A stretch of DNA of 28,048 nucleotides from Planctomycetota bacterium (GTDB lineage: Bacteria > Planctomycetota > GCA-002687715 > DRQF01), in contig JALTLO010000149.1 in the NCBI GenBank assembly GCA_027001995.1, forward strand, positions 1-28,048. The letters run 5' to 3'. The position numbers were made by a program, and so were the translations under genes. This document shows, piece by piece, positions 1 through 8,827 of the stretch (its first letter is position 1; each line of letters starts with the position of its first letter). The notes under the pieces were generated by a model that had not been told where the DNA came from, did not search any database, and was given only the letters and a program-made list of their open reading frames with translations.

Positions 1-408
1 GGTGTCAAAGTGTTGAGTCACGCTCACAAAAGAAACAGCGTGCTCTTGGAAATCCTGAATGGTGGCAGTGAAGTCCAGCAATGACCTCGAAAGTCGATCA
101 ATCTTATAGACGGCGACCAAGTCAATGCGACCGGCCTTGATATCTTCCATTAATCGTTGAAACGCCGGACGGTCGGTATTGGCCCCAGTGAAACCGCCGT
201 CGTCATACCGTTCTGGCAATGCCACCCATCCGTTCTCAGCTTGGCTCTTCACGTAGGCTTCAACTGACTCGCGTTGGTTGTCGAGGGAGTTGAACTGCTG
301 ATCGAGTCCCTTGGATGTAGACTTGCGAGTGTAGATGGCGACTCGAACCCTGGCGTTGCAGCCTAGTGTACTTCTTAGTTCCCGCTTGTTTCCGGTGACA
401 GCTGACAT
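1..408 (-). CDS. Serine site-specific recombinase (resolvase-type catalytic domain; probably a large serine recombinase), 5' part only, truncated by window edge
   Basis: Not in the ORF track because there is no stop in the window. Manual translation from ATG at 408 gives [113 protein letters not shown]. It contains YTRKS (catalytic Ser), DDGGFTG..DRP and YKIDRLSRS. It lies next to DUF2924, a common pairing. Confidence 0.93.
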   Translation of the reverse strand, partial: MSAVTGNKRELRSTLGCNARVRVAIYTRKSTSKGLDQQFNSLDNQRESVEAYVKSQAENGWVALPERYDDGGFTGANTDRPAFQRLMEDIKAGRIDLVAVYKIDRLSRSLLDFTATIQDFQEHAVSFVSVTQHFDT

Positions 409-409
409 T

Positions 410-577
410 CTAAGACCTCTCTGGCTCCTTTGTGTCGGGAGTTGTCTTGGTTTCCAATGCTGCTGCAATTCGCTCCGCAGCTCTTCTCAACAAACGAATC
501 TCACGAATGAAATTGGAGACATCTTTTTCTACAAGTTGGCGTCCTGCAACTGTCTTGACGAATGGAATCTCGCTCAT
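410..577 (-). CDS. Small hypothetical protein (55 aa, [10 protein letters not shown]...)
   Basis: The ATG overlaps the DUF2924 stop (ATGA, 574-577) and the stop lies 1 nt before the recombinase ATG, so it fills the operon gap exactly. Confidence 0.6.
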   Translation of the reverse strand: MSEIPFVKTVAGRQLVEKDVSNFIREIRLLRRAAERIAAALETKTTPDTKEPERS

Positions 578-1020
578 GCTTTTCGCTTTCTTTTCGTAAG
601 GCCGAAGAAGAGTCTTCCATTCCAATGGGCTCCCGTTATCGCCCCAGCAATTGCTGACAGGCTTCGGTAGATGGCGCCGTTGAATTCGAATCCGTTCTGA
701 CGTACTTCGACCACAATCTGTTTGTCTTTCCATTGCCGAATCAAAGTGGTCCCGGGGATGGGGTCGCTACGTTTTCGCGCACCCGACCGAAGTGGGCCAA
801 GTTTGGTGCTCAAGCCAAGATCGAGGTTCGCGATCAAGTCATCTAACTTGCGCTGAGCAAGTCGAGACAGACCGCCGAGTCGATCCTCTTGGAGTTTCCA
901 AGCAATCTTCCGGATCAAGGCAGCTTTGCTTTTTTGCCGAGGAGCCTTTCCAAACTCGTACTCATAGCGATCAATGAGCTCGAGCACGCTTAAGTCCACA
1001 AGTTCTTCAATGTCATTCAT
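574..1020 (-). CDS. DUF2924 family protein
   Basis: Motifs LIRKIAWKLQE..LGGLS, PIPGTTLIRQWK and YRSLSAIAGAITGAHWNGRLFFGL are characteristic of DUF2924. Start placed at MNDIEE (1020). Confidence 0.9.
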   Translation of the reverse strand: MNDIEELVDLSVLELIDRYEYEFGKAPRQKSKAALIRKIAWKLQEDRLGGLSRLAQRKLDDLIANLDLGLSTKLGPLRSGARKRSDPIPGTTLIRQWKDKQIVVEVRQNGFEFNGAIYRSLSAIAGAITGAHWNGRLFFGLTKRKRKA

Positions 1021-1195
1021 TTTTGGTCTCCATGTGTTCACCACGGTGACCATGAGCCATGGAAGCGGGCGTCTCATCAAGTCGTTTCTCGGCATCTGGC
1101 TGAGAAATCTCGAATCTACGAAAACCAGTGGCCAAAAGTTGGCAGATCGCTGCTCGTCGTTCATTTGGCGTCAGTAATTCTGGGTCGCGGTTCAT
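1013..1195 (-). CDS. Small hypothetical protein (60 aa, MNRDPELLTPNERRAAICQLLATGFRR)
   Basis: ATGA overlap with the upstream SpoVG-like stop (1192-1195). Resembles the short ORFs often seen upstream of DUF2924. Confidence 0.55.
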   Translation of the reverse strand: MNRDPELLTPNERRAAICQLLATGFRRFEISQPDAEKRLDETPASMAHGHRGEHMETKNE

Positions 1196-1485
1196 TCCGT
1201 TTTCTCCCAATTGTGGGTGGGAATGGCGGCAAATATTGCACGTTCTATTTCGATTCTTGCCGTGGTACTTGTGGGGCGTATGTAGGGATGTTGTTTGCCA
1301 TTTGCATCACGACGTGAAGGGAAGCTCAAAGTGAGATGGCCTTTTCGAGTTCGTCGAACTGCAACGCCATCAATCCTCATGCAACTATTGATGACGAATG
1401 AAACAAATCCAAGCAAACCAGTTTTTCTCTGATCGGAATTAGAGAGGACGAATGTGATGCTTGAGACTTCTGATGTTGTGCTCAT
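1192..1485 (-). CDS. SpoVG-like nucleic-acid-binding protein
   Basis: GLLGFVSFVINSCMRIDGVAVRRTRKGHLTLSFPSRRDANGKQHPYIRP..TARIEIERAIF follows the SpoVG pattern (beta strands, F/M-PSR, P..., C-terminal helix). The ATG overlaps the primase stop (1482-1485), with GGAG upstream. Confidence 0.7.
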   Translation of the reverse strand: MSTTSEVSSITFVLSNSDQRKTGLLGFVSFVINSCMRIDGVAVRRTRKGHLTLSFPSRRDANGKQHPYIRPTSTTARIEIERAIFAAIPTHNWEKTE

Positions 1486-4244
1486 CGCGTTCTCCTCCGC
1501 GCTTTTCGTGGTCGGCATCTCACTCGGACTGTTGGGGAAGGTGGAACTTCAATGATACGTCTAATGCTTGTGATTCGCTGACCAGTGTGACCTCGTCGAT
1601 ATCTTTGAATCTCGATGCCCATTTTTCGCAATGAAGGCGAAACCCTACTCAATTCGGACCCTAGGTCGTTAGCTCGCTTTGGCCAGTCTGGCGAATGTGA
1701 ACAGTCGTAACTCGTGTGATTCGTTAGGATACTTAGTAGGTCTGATGCAGTGCCTTCCCACGACGGTGTGAGCTTCAACAGTGACATGACGGCGGTTGCC
1801 ACGGCACTGGCCTCAAGTGAGTCTTCAACTTGTTGTTCTGCATTTGATTTGAGTGCTCTGGTGAATTGTCCCCTTGGCCAGGCCATGGCCTTTTCGACAG
1901 CCACGCCGATGTGCGCAAAGTCCGCCATTCTGTAGCCTTCTGGGGCGGTCGCATTCGGGAGGTGAAACAGAGTCTTGGCTGTTATGTCCAGCAGCGCGCC
2001 AAATAGATGAGAGTGTTGTTTTTCAAAGTCAGCCCAGAATTCGTTTTCCGTCTTGCGTTCTCCAGGCAAGAAATGTCTGAGCGTAATGATAATTGACCGA
2101 TCAATTATGTCGGGTTGAGTTACGATATCTCCAATTCCATTGAGCAGAATTAGCCGACGGAACTCAATGACGATGTCTTCATCATCCGTAAATAGTTTGC
2201 GTTTCTCGAATGCTCCGCCGGTGATTGCCCGGCACAGAGCATTGGAAAGCCAAGCTTTGATTGCAGCTACGTTGTCGAAAACGCTCAGCCACCCATGACT
2301 AATGCTCTGGACGAATTCCCTTTCATTTTCTGGCGGCGCGCAAACCTCTGATGCGGACGGATCGATCAACCGTCTTATGACTCTGGCAGTTGTCGATTTT
2401 GCCGTACCTTGTTCGCCCTTAATTACCAAGGCTGGTCTTGGTGTGCCTGGTATCAGGCCAGCGATTAACCAGCTGAATAGCAATGTCCAGTCGTCGGTTG
2501 AGCTTAGGTGGAAGAATTTCCGGAGATGATCCACGTTCCCGCCGCGCATCGGTGTCGTTTGCTTTACCGATTTAGAATGTCGCCTGAAAAGCACTGGCGA
2601 TTCTCTTAGAATCCTCCATCCCTTCTTGTCAATCGAAATGACATTCCAATTGTCGTCACCGACGTCGTAGTAGACGGTGTCTTCGTCCCGATGGATGCGG
2701 ACATGTACATCGATGCACTCTCCGTCGAATTTGGCTTTTGAACAGATCACACGTTTGGCTGCTGTAAGGGCTGAGCTGGATGCCGCAATGCCTTGCAGTC
2801 GCCATAAGCATGAAGATAGATGTTCCTCGAACTCTCGGCCTTCGATCGGATGGACTTCACGGTGATCACCAATCGCTATCTCGGCGAATGGCGTGCGCGT
2901 CTTGTCATGAAAAAGGGTGGCCTTGTCAGCGATTTGAATCAGTAGCTGGGCAACTGCTTCGTCATTGGTTCGTTGTTGTGACGTATTCTCGCTCTTGTTT
3001 TCGGCACGTGCCTGGGAGATCGTGTCTCGAAGGTCCTTTACCTCAGAGTCTAGAAGATCGAGCCCTTTCTTCAGGGTGTTCACATGGTGCCGAGTCGAGC
3101 CGCGGTCCATTGCGATTTCGGCGATGATCCCACTTTCTTCGAGACGACATCTGAGTGTTGGCCAATCTTCATCCCTATCGCGTGAGAATTCCTCTATTTG
3201 TGTAAGTAAGGATGGGCCTGATGCCTTCTCGATGATGTCGGCAAGTTCATTACCGGCAGATTCGCCATGCAGTCGATTTGGCGTGTTGCCGTTGTGCAAC
3301 ACATCATCAATTCCCTTTCCATCCTGTTCTTGCCAGACCTCAAGGTCAACCGCGAATCCAGCCGTTGATAACCCTTCAGCAGTTCGATGGAGCGCTTTGG
3401 CAACATGGGGATTGTGAGCTGCGTCTGAATCGAATGCCAAGACGATTGTCGTTACACCGAATTCGCGAAGCGGCTGTACAATTTTCTTCCACCCTGAGAT
3501 CCCTGGTAAACCAATGGTAGGAAGCTCGCCAATGGAAGTAGCCACTTGTGACTTGAGGATTCCTTCGGTCACTCTTACGGCACTGCCTTCATGCGAGACG
3601 TTAGGCGGGAAATTGACGGGTGCGCCTGGGCTTGCGCCGCCTTGCTTCTTGCTCGAAAGAAAAAAGTACTTTGGGCCAGACTCTTGGTCGCGTGGTTTCA
3701 CTTGAATTGCGGCGACTCGACCAAGCGAATCCCATACGGGAATAAGCAATGCGTTGGGTGGTGCTGCGAGTCTTAGAGAACGACCTGTCTTCCAAAATCC
3801 GGGGATTTCGAGCAGTTTACTGTCATGTTCTTGATACAGCTTGTCTAAGATTCTCTTACGTACCCGAGGAACTGTTCGGTATTGAAGATTCTCAATTTGC
3901 TGGTTACACAGCCCTCGACTATGGAGCGCATTTCGGTCATGCTGATCGAGTTTCGTAGAGGCAAGTAGTTGACGATAGACTTTGTCCCAAAGTCTTAAGT
4001 CAACGGGTGCCTCAATTCCGTCGCTTTCGCCATTGATGATCGTCAAGGCGGGCACTACGTGCCCCTTGAGGGAGTAGACCCAATAGTCAGCACCGTTCTT
4101 GTCAGTTTTTTGTTTGCACTGACCAGTGTCCAGGCGGCGGCAAATAGCGAATTTTCCGTCATCGCTTATGGAACACCAACTATTGTGTGTGCAAATTACA
4201 CACGGTGCATCTGGAGCCACCTCCGACCATCCTGATGCCTTCAT
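1482..4244 (-). CDS. Replication protein: N-terminal Zn-finger, TOPRIM-like (DUF3854-like) primase and C-terminal P-loop ATPase/helicase
   Basis: CVIC...WC...ICRR Zn-finger; VTEGILKS and VLAFDSD TOPRIM motifs; KGIDD; Walker A GEQGTAKST; SVFDNV Walker B-like; TGG...RKLFTD and LNGI, typical of satellite/ICE primase-helicases. Confidence 0.85.
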   Translation of the reverse strand: MKASGWSEVAPDAPCVICTHNSWCSISDDGKFAICRRLDTGQCKQKTDKNGADYWVYSLKGHVVPALTIINGESDGIEAPVDLRLWDKVYRQLLASTKLDQHDRNALHSRGLCNQQIENLQYRTVPRVRKRILDKLYQEHDSKLLEIPGFWKTGRSLRLAAPPNALLIPVWDSLGRVAAIQVKPRDQESGPKYFFLSSKKQGGASPGAPVNFPPNVSHEGSAVRVTEGILKSQVATSIGELPTIGLPGISGWKKIVQPLREFGVTTIVLAFDSDAAHNPHVAKALHRTAEGLSTAGFAVDLEVWQEQDGKGIDDVLHNGNTPNRLHGESAGNELADIIEKASGPSLLTQIEEFSRDRDEDWPTLRCRLEESGIIAEIAMDRGSTRHHVNTLKKGLDLLDSEVKDLRDTISQARAENKSENTSQQRTNDEAVAQLLIQIADKATLFHDKTRTPFAEIAIGDHREVHPIEGREFEEHLSSCLWRLQGIAASSSALTAAKRVICSKAKFDGECIDVHVRIHRDEDTVYYDVGDDNWNVISIDKKGWRILRESPVLFRRHSKSVKQTTPMRGGNVDHLRKFFHLSSTDDWTLLFSWLIAGLIPGTPRPALVIKGEQGTAKSTTARVIRRLIDPSASEVCAPPENEREFVQSISHGWLSVFDNVAAIKAWLSNALCRAITGGAFEKRKLFTDDEDIVIEFRRLILLNGIGDIVTQPDIIDRSIIITLRHFLPGERKTENEFWADFEKQHSHLFGALLDITAKTLFHLPNATAPEGYRMADFAHIGVAVEKAMAWPRGQFTRALKSNAEQQVEDSLEASAVATAVMSLLKLTPSWEGTASDLLSILTNHTSYDCSHSPDWPKRANDLGSELSRVSPSLRKMGIEIQRYRRGHTGQRITSIRRIIEVPPSPTVRVRCRPRKARRRTR

Positions 4245-4447
4245 CCTTGGTCCTTACTTGGGCACACGAGCCCAAGAACGTCGGCCAAGACGATGATGTC
4301 TTCCCGTCGCCATGCCAACCTGCCAGCAAACAAGGGCGGAGGCGAAACTGCACCGCGACGCAGGGCGTGGCGGATTCTCTCCTCAGTGGGAGCGTGTTGT
4401 GGATTCGCCGCGGCGAGGATGCGAATTACTTGGCGAGTTGTTTTCAT
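4241..4447 (-). CDS. Small DNA-binding protein, AlpA/excisionase/MerR-like HTH
   Basis: 68 aa from MKTTRQV with a GGAG RBS. Pattern RIRHALRRGAVSPPPLFAGRLAWRREDI resembles AlpA/Xis. ATGA-coupled to the primase. Confidence 0.6.
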   Translation of the reverse strand: MKTTRQVIRILAAANPQHAPTEERIRHALRRGAVSPPPLFAGRLAWRREDIIVLADVLGLVCPSKDQG

Positions 4448-4547
4448 CTGGTTACTCCACCGCCACGTCGGCGGGCAACCTGTCGTAAGATTTAAACTAC
4501 TTAGTTTCAGTCCCAGCAAGCAGTTATTGTTGGGTTATTGTGGTTAT

Positions 4548-5711
4548 TCAGAATTTGTCGGCTCTGTGTGACGGTGAATCTTTTCTTTCTCTCAAGTAGA
4601 GTTGCTTTGGGGACTTGTTGCCTGTGTGCGAGCCAAGGTACCCGCGGATGGCGGGAAACTCTTTGACGATTTCGGAGTAGAATAACTTTATTTGCTGTTC
4701 GATCTTACTTCTAGGGTCGCTAATGAACTCTCTTACCGCGTTCTCCTCGAGGATCCAATTTCTTGCCTTGAAGAGCGCGAACAGAACTTTGTGGGATCGG
4801 ATCCCGTCGGGTAATGGGTTGCATTGGTATTCAATTGGGTGCCGATTTTGGAGTCTGTCCCCGATAATCTGGTCAATCTCCACGAAGAAACTTGAAAGTT
4901 CGTAGCGGTTTGGACCGAGTTTCTCTCGCACAGCTGCGACTTCTTGGATCAATTGACTCGTGAGGGATTGTGGTCTTGGAGCCTCAAAGAGCTTCTTGTA
5001 TGAAGGATAGAGTAGTTGTGCTGCAGGATGCTTGAAGGATGGATCGACAAGCCAATTGCCACCAAGAACTGCTCGTACACGGCCAAGAGAAGGATTCCAG
5101 CACTTCTTGATCCAACGTTTGCAAAACTCTGTATTGGCAGAAGGCTCAGGCCCAGCAGCCCCACATCTTTCTCGAGATAGAGCAAGGGACTCTGGCTCGT
5201 CCGTAAATGTTCCGGAGGAGCCTGGTGAGGCGTAGGTTGCACAACATTTGAGGGCACGACGTGCGTCGTTGAACAGCAAGCGCAATTGCTTCTTTGAATT
5301 CTTGAGAATTTTGGCTACTTCAGCCCGCCTTTGTGTCGACTTGACAAGTTCCTCTGGTTTGTCGTCGGAATGATCATGGCTCGGTTCGTGGACCTCTGCG
5401 AGTCTTGCCAAACTCTTCAGGTAGGCTTGCCACCTCTTCGACAGCGAATCAATCGAATTCGATCCATCGTCGCAGTTCGGAAAATCATCGCTGTATCTCA
5501 CTTTCCAATGTTCTGAAAGGAGCTTGGCTGCAAGTTCGGTCGACTTAGCGATGGGCCCGTTCGTGTCATCAGTGAAGTAGGCAAACAAGTGCTTGTAGTC
5601 GGCCTTGGCAACTCGATCTGCCAGCAAAACGAGTCCATCGCTCGAAAAAAATCGATCAGGAAGTGAATCGTATTCGGCGAGCAGGCTTTCGAGTGTGTCT
5701 TCGGTATTCAT
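4548..5711 (-). CDS. Hypothetical protein (~387 aa), possibly with a C-terminal winged-helix region
   Basis: Long ORF (409 aa in the track). Start moved to MNTEDT (5711) because the extension runs through the repeat array. No family recognised. Confidence 0.7.
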   Translation of the reverse strand: MNTEDTLESLLAEYDSLPDRFFSSDGLVLLADRVAKADYKHLFAYFTDDTNGPIAKSTELAAKLLSEHWKVRYSDDFPNCDDGSNSIDSLSKRWQAYLKSLARLAEVHEPSHDHSDDKPEELVKSTQRRAEVAKILKNSKKQLRLLFNDARRALKCCATYASPGSSGTFTDEPESLALSRERCGAAGPEPSANTEFCKRWIKKCWNPSLGRVRAVLGGNWLVDPSFKHPAAQLLYPSYKKLFEAPRPQSLTSQLIQEVAAVREKLGPNRYELSSFFVEIDQIIGDRLQNRHPIEYQCNPLPDGIRSHKVLFALFKARNWILEENAVREFISDPRSKIEQQIKLFYSEIVKEFPAIRGYLGSHTGNKSPKQLYLRERKDSPSHRADKF

Positions 5712-5751
5712 TGACTTGGTGTTTCGTAGTATTGATGCATGGATTGTCGTT

Positions 5752-5896
5752 GCTGACAACGCAGACAACACTGACAAGGCATCTATTTCTTTGTGTTTGG
5801 ACTTTAGTATATGTGCAGAAAAGAGGAGATGTGTAGTGTTCTCTTGAAGAGAATTAGGGAACTGGGGTTGTTGTCGGCCTTGTCAGCGTTGTCAGC
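5752..5896. repeat. Two inverted arrays of three tandem 9-mers (consensus GCTGACAAC) flanking a 91-bp AT-richer spacer; iteron/ori-like or recombination-site-like
   Basis: Left arm 5752-5778: GCTGACAAC GCAGACAAC ACTGACAAG. Right arm 5870-5896, reverse complement: GCTGACAAC GCTGACAAG GCCGACAAC. The spacer is ~38% GC and contains the palindrome TTCTCTT-G-AAGAGAA (5839-5853). Confidence 0.85.
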
Positions 5897-5916
5897 AGCG
5901 TAGGAGTTACCGCGTT

Positions 5917-6794
5917 TTAGACTGCCAAAGCTGCACGTACTAGCTCTTGATTGCATTTGGCGTAGATCACGTAGATGCTACAGAGCGATGCCCCAGAGCC
6001 TCTTTGACCAGAAGCACATCCTCAGTTCGCCGGTAAAGATCTGTCGCAAAAGTGTGCCTCAGCGAATGTGGGTGCAGCCTTTTACTTAGCCCAGCGAGAT
6101 CTCGCCACTGGGCAAATCGGCGTTGAGCTTGGCGATGGCATATTCGAGTTCCGGTGGTGGTAGTAAAGACAGAGCCGTCGTATTTGCCCGCAAGGAAGAT
6201 GCGAAGGTGGTTTTCGAGAGACTTGCTCAAGAATACTGTCCTGCTTCCGTTTCCCTTGGTTTTCCTGAGCAGGACTTCACCTGCGTCTAAGTCTATGTCT
6301 CCGACATCAAGTGCCAGTGCGGCTCCCAATCTGATTCCGGTGGCAAGCATCAGATGAAAAAGGGCATGGTCACGCATGGCTTCAAATCCCTCTGTTTTCG
6401 CCAGAGTGTTAAGGAGTCGTTCTTGTTCCGTTCCTTTTAGATGTTGGGGTGGGGCGTCCCCACAAATGGCCCGTCGAATGAGCCTTGATGGATCGTTGGT
6501 GAGATGTCCCGCCTTATGTAGATAACCAAAGAACCCTTTCAAAGAAGATCTGAGAGCGTTCATACTTCCGGCGGTCTTAGCTTTACCGTCGGTCCTGTGT
6601 GTCGCTTCTGGGGTCGTCAAGAATCCAGCTAAGTCCTCGTGCCCAATGGCAATCACATCGCCGCTGTGGCCCTTTTGTGTTGCCCAGCGAGCCAGAGATC
6701 CGACGTGTCTCTGGTATTGGCGAACAGTATGCTCAGACCTGCCATCGGCACGAAGCTGAGCGAGGTATGAGGCCAGGGCATCTTGGAGTTGCAT
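5917..6794 (-). pseudogene. XerC/XerD-like tyrosine recombinase with a frameshift just before the catalytic Tyr
   Basis: SAM-like N-terminal domain, RDHALFHLMLATGIR, KTKG, HPHSLRHTFAT and LGH motifs. The frame stops at 5967-5969 after GHRSVAST. The -1 frame continues VIYAKCNQELVRAALAV* (stop 5917-5919). Confidence 0.85.
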
Positions 6795-6902
6795 CTTGGA
6801 ATTCTCTCGAAATAGAAACTCTTGTTTGTGAGTCCATGAAGCCGGATTCTGGCGACAACATGAAGTCACATTTTCTATTTACTTGAGAGGTGCTGTCCAG
6901 CT

Positions 6903-8180
6903 TCAAAGCCATGTAATAGAGGGTCGCCCGGCCCGTCGCTTGACGATCCATGCTGCTAATGCCAACGCCACAACACAATCGTCGTGATAGCCGGAAGGCG
7001 CGTTGGTTCGGACATTTCCGGAATCGGAAACAGAGAACTCGAATGCTTCAAGTTCATCAATGCCCTCCGGCCAAAGATCCGGCTTCGGAAGGGCGAGGTC
7101 ATTTTTCTCCAGCATGAGTGCAAGATTGTTGACCAGCGCGGCCTTCGATTTTTGCGTGAAGGGGTAGGGCATGCATCGCACACCAGCAGTGCGCAGTGCT
7201 TCAAAAACTGGTTCACCAACTCCGGTGGTGTCTGTGTTGACGAGAGCCCCGTTGTAACGATCGGTGGCAGCTTTGACCCTCGCTACCTGAATAGACCAAT
7301 CGACACGGTGAAATCTGTCAGTAAAGACTACTCGTCCAGAATGGTCGATGATCACGAGCACTGTGTAGTCATTGATTTTCGCAAGATCGAGCCCCGCATA
7401 GTAGATTCCCTTGGGGTCGGCATCCTTCCAGTCTTCTGTTGCACATTCCCGAACATTCCGAAATACCTGCCCGGCCCCCTCTAAGAATTGGCCACCATAT
7501 TCTTGGAGGAAGACCCGCTCAGGAAGTCGGTTTCGTTCTTCATTGATGACCTTGGCATCCAAATGGGGATTCGATGTGGAGGGCAAATTCCAACTCTGGA
7601 AATGGCGGTCATTGGATTGGCCTTTGCGAAACAAATCGTAGAACCAGCCTTTGCCTTTCGGCGTCGAGATTAGCAGTGCCCAACCCTTCTTGTCGATTAA
7701 TCGTTGGGACAAGTGGCTTTCCCAAATCAGTGGCTTGAGCCTGGCTGCTTCATCCACAATCAACCAGTCCAGACCCTCACCTAACAATGACACCGGGTTA
7801 TCCGCTGACTTCCCACGGATCTCGGAGATACCGCCGGAGAGATTTCTAATGACCAAACGGCGATCACTTTCACGCATGGTGATAATGCGATGCTGAAGAT
7901 GCTCATGTGCGATCACGACGATCTCACGAAAAACTTTGTCGGCCAAATCGTAGGTGGGGGCCACAATCCACCCCATGCTGCGTTCATTGGGCTCCAATGC
8001 TGCAGCGAGTCCTTCTATGGCTGCACATAGCGTTTTACCCCAACGAACGCCACAGGCCACAATACGCCTCGGTGCGCGGCTGCTGTGCACTTCTACTTGG
8101 CCAGGATGTGGCTCGTAGCCAAAGTCCTTGAAGATGGCCATCTTGTTTATTCGAGGTTTCTTTTGTCGTTTAGCCTTCAT
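6903..8180 (-). CDS. Phage terminase large subunit (ATPase plus RNase H-like nuclease)
   Basis: PHPGQ Q-motif, Walker A GVRWGKT, Walker B LIVDEAA, coupling motif ISTPKG, QEYGGQF, nuclease motifs GLDLAKINDYTV and HDDCVVALALA. Confidence 0.93.
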   Translation of the reverse strand: MKAKRQKKPRINKMAIFKDFGYEPHPGQVEVHSSRAPRRIVACGVRWGKTLCAAIEGLAAALEPNERSMGWIVAPTYDLADKVFREIVVIAHEHLQHRIITMRESDRRLVIRNLSGGISEIRGKSADNPVSLLGEGLDWLIVDEAARLKPLIWESHLSQRLIDKKGWALLISTPKGKGWFYDLFRKGQSNDRHFQSWNLPSTSNPHLDAKVINEERNRLPERVFLQEYGGQFLEGAGQVFRNVRECATEDWKDADPKGIYYAGLDLAKINDYTVLVIIDHSGRVVFTDRFHRVDWSIQVARVKAATDRYNGALVNTDTTGVGEPVFEALRTAGVRCMPYPFTQKSKAALVNNLALMLEKNDLALPKPDLWPEGIDELEAFEFSVSDSGNVRTNAPSGYHDDCVVALALAAWIVKRRAGRPSITWL

Positions 8181-8601
8181 GATCTAACCAACGGTCATAT
8201 TCGTTTCGGATTACTTCTTCCACGCTGATCTTGGTCCGGTCAGTTGGCTCGCCTCGGATGAGGCGTTCCTGCTTAATAGAAATCTCCAACGCCCGAACAG
8301 CATCCATAGCTGTTGACAATGGCATTTGGGATAGGGCTGTGAGTGCTTTGCCCTGTATCGCCTTCAAGGAACGCAAGTGCCGGCTGTTCATCTGCTCAAG
8401 GGTTTCAACAGCCTTGTGTTCAACGGCGGTTTGGACTTTTTGATCTCGCATAAGAACACGCCGCTGCCAGTTCTCTTTTGTCGCTACTTTTGTGATTGCA
8501 CGTTTGGTGACTTTGTAACGGATGGCGACGGCTTGATAAGAACGATCCGCCCCGAGTGAGAAGTAGTATTCAAACGCATCATGTGGGATCTTGCGGTTCA
8601 T
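8170..8601 (-). CDS. Putative terminase small subunit (N-terminal HTH plus helical oligomerisation region)
   Basis: AFEYYFSLGADRSYQAVA...ATKENWQRR HTH-like N-terminus, followed by a helical region and ERLIRGEPT. Directly upstream of and overlapping TerL. AGGAGG RBS before ATG 8601. Confidence 0.7.
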   Translation of the reverse strand: MNRKIPHDAFEYYFSLGADRSYQAVAIRYKVTKRAITKVATKENWQRRVLMRDQKVQTAVEHKAVETLEQMNSRHLRSLKAIQGKALTALSQMPLSTAMDAVRALEISIKQERLIRGEPTDRTKISVEEVIRNEYDRWLDHEG

Positions 8602-8827
8602 CAATATTCCCTCCTGTCTCCAAATGCCGGACTCGGACCCAAAGTACAAACGCCCAGCCGGCCACATCGAGAAGTTCTTCTTCGATCTCTCGTTTCAAGT
8701 CAGTGGGAGATTGCATGAGCGAGGAATTGCCGTACTCTTTTCGCCCAGCTTCAAGTCTCGCCGCGAGGTTCTTAAGGAATTCATCTTGAAGATCGAATTG
8801 TCTATTGAAGTCGGGTGGGCGTTTCAT
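8579..8827 (-). CDS. Small protein, possible MazG-like all-alpha NTP pyrophosphatase fold
   Basis: RLEAGRKEYG...LKREIEEELLDVAGW contains an EExxD-like motif. ATGA-coupled to the methylase. Confidence 0.5.
   Translation of the reverse strand: MKRPPDFNRQFDLQDEFLKNLAARLEAGRKEYGNSSLMQSPTDLKREIEEELLDVAGWAFVLWVRVRHLETGGNIDEPQDPT

Noticed and set aside
335..670. 111-aa plus-strand ORF, and similar antisense ORFs over the primase, TerL, methylase and hsd genes
   Set aside because: They lie antisense or out of frame to well-supported genes and have no recognisable motifs.
5712..5777. N-terminal extension MSVLSALSATT of the 409-aa ORF
   Set aside because: It translates the 9-bp repeat array; the ATG at 5711 is a more plausible start.
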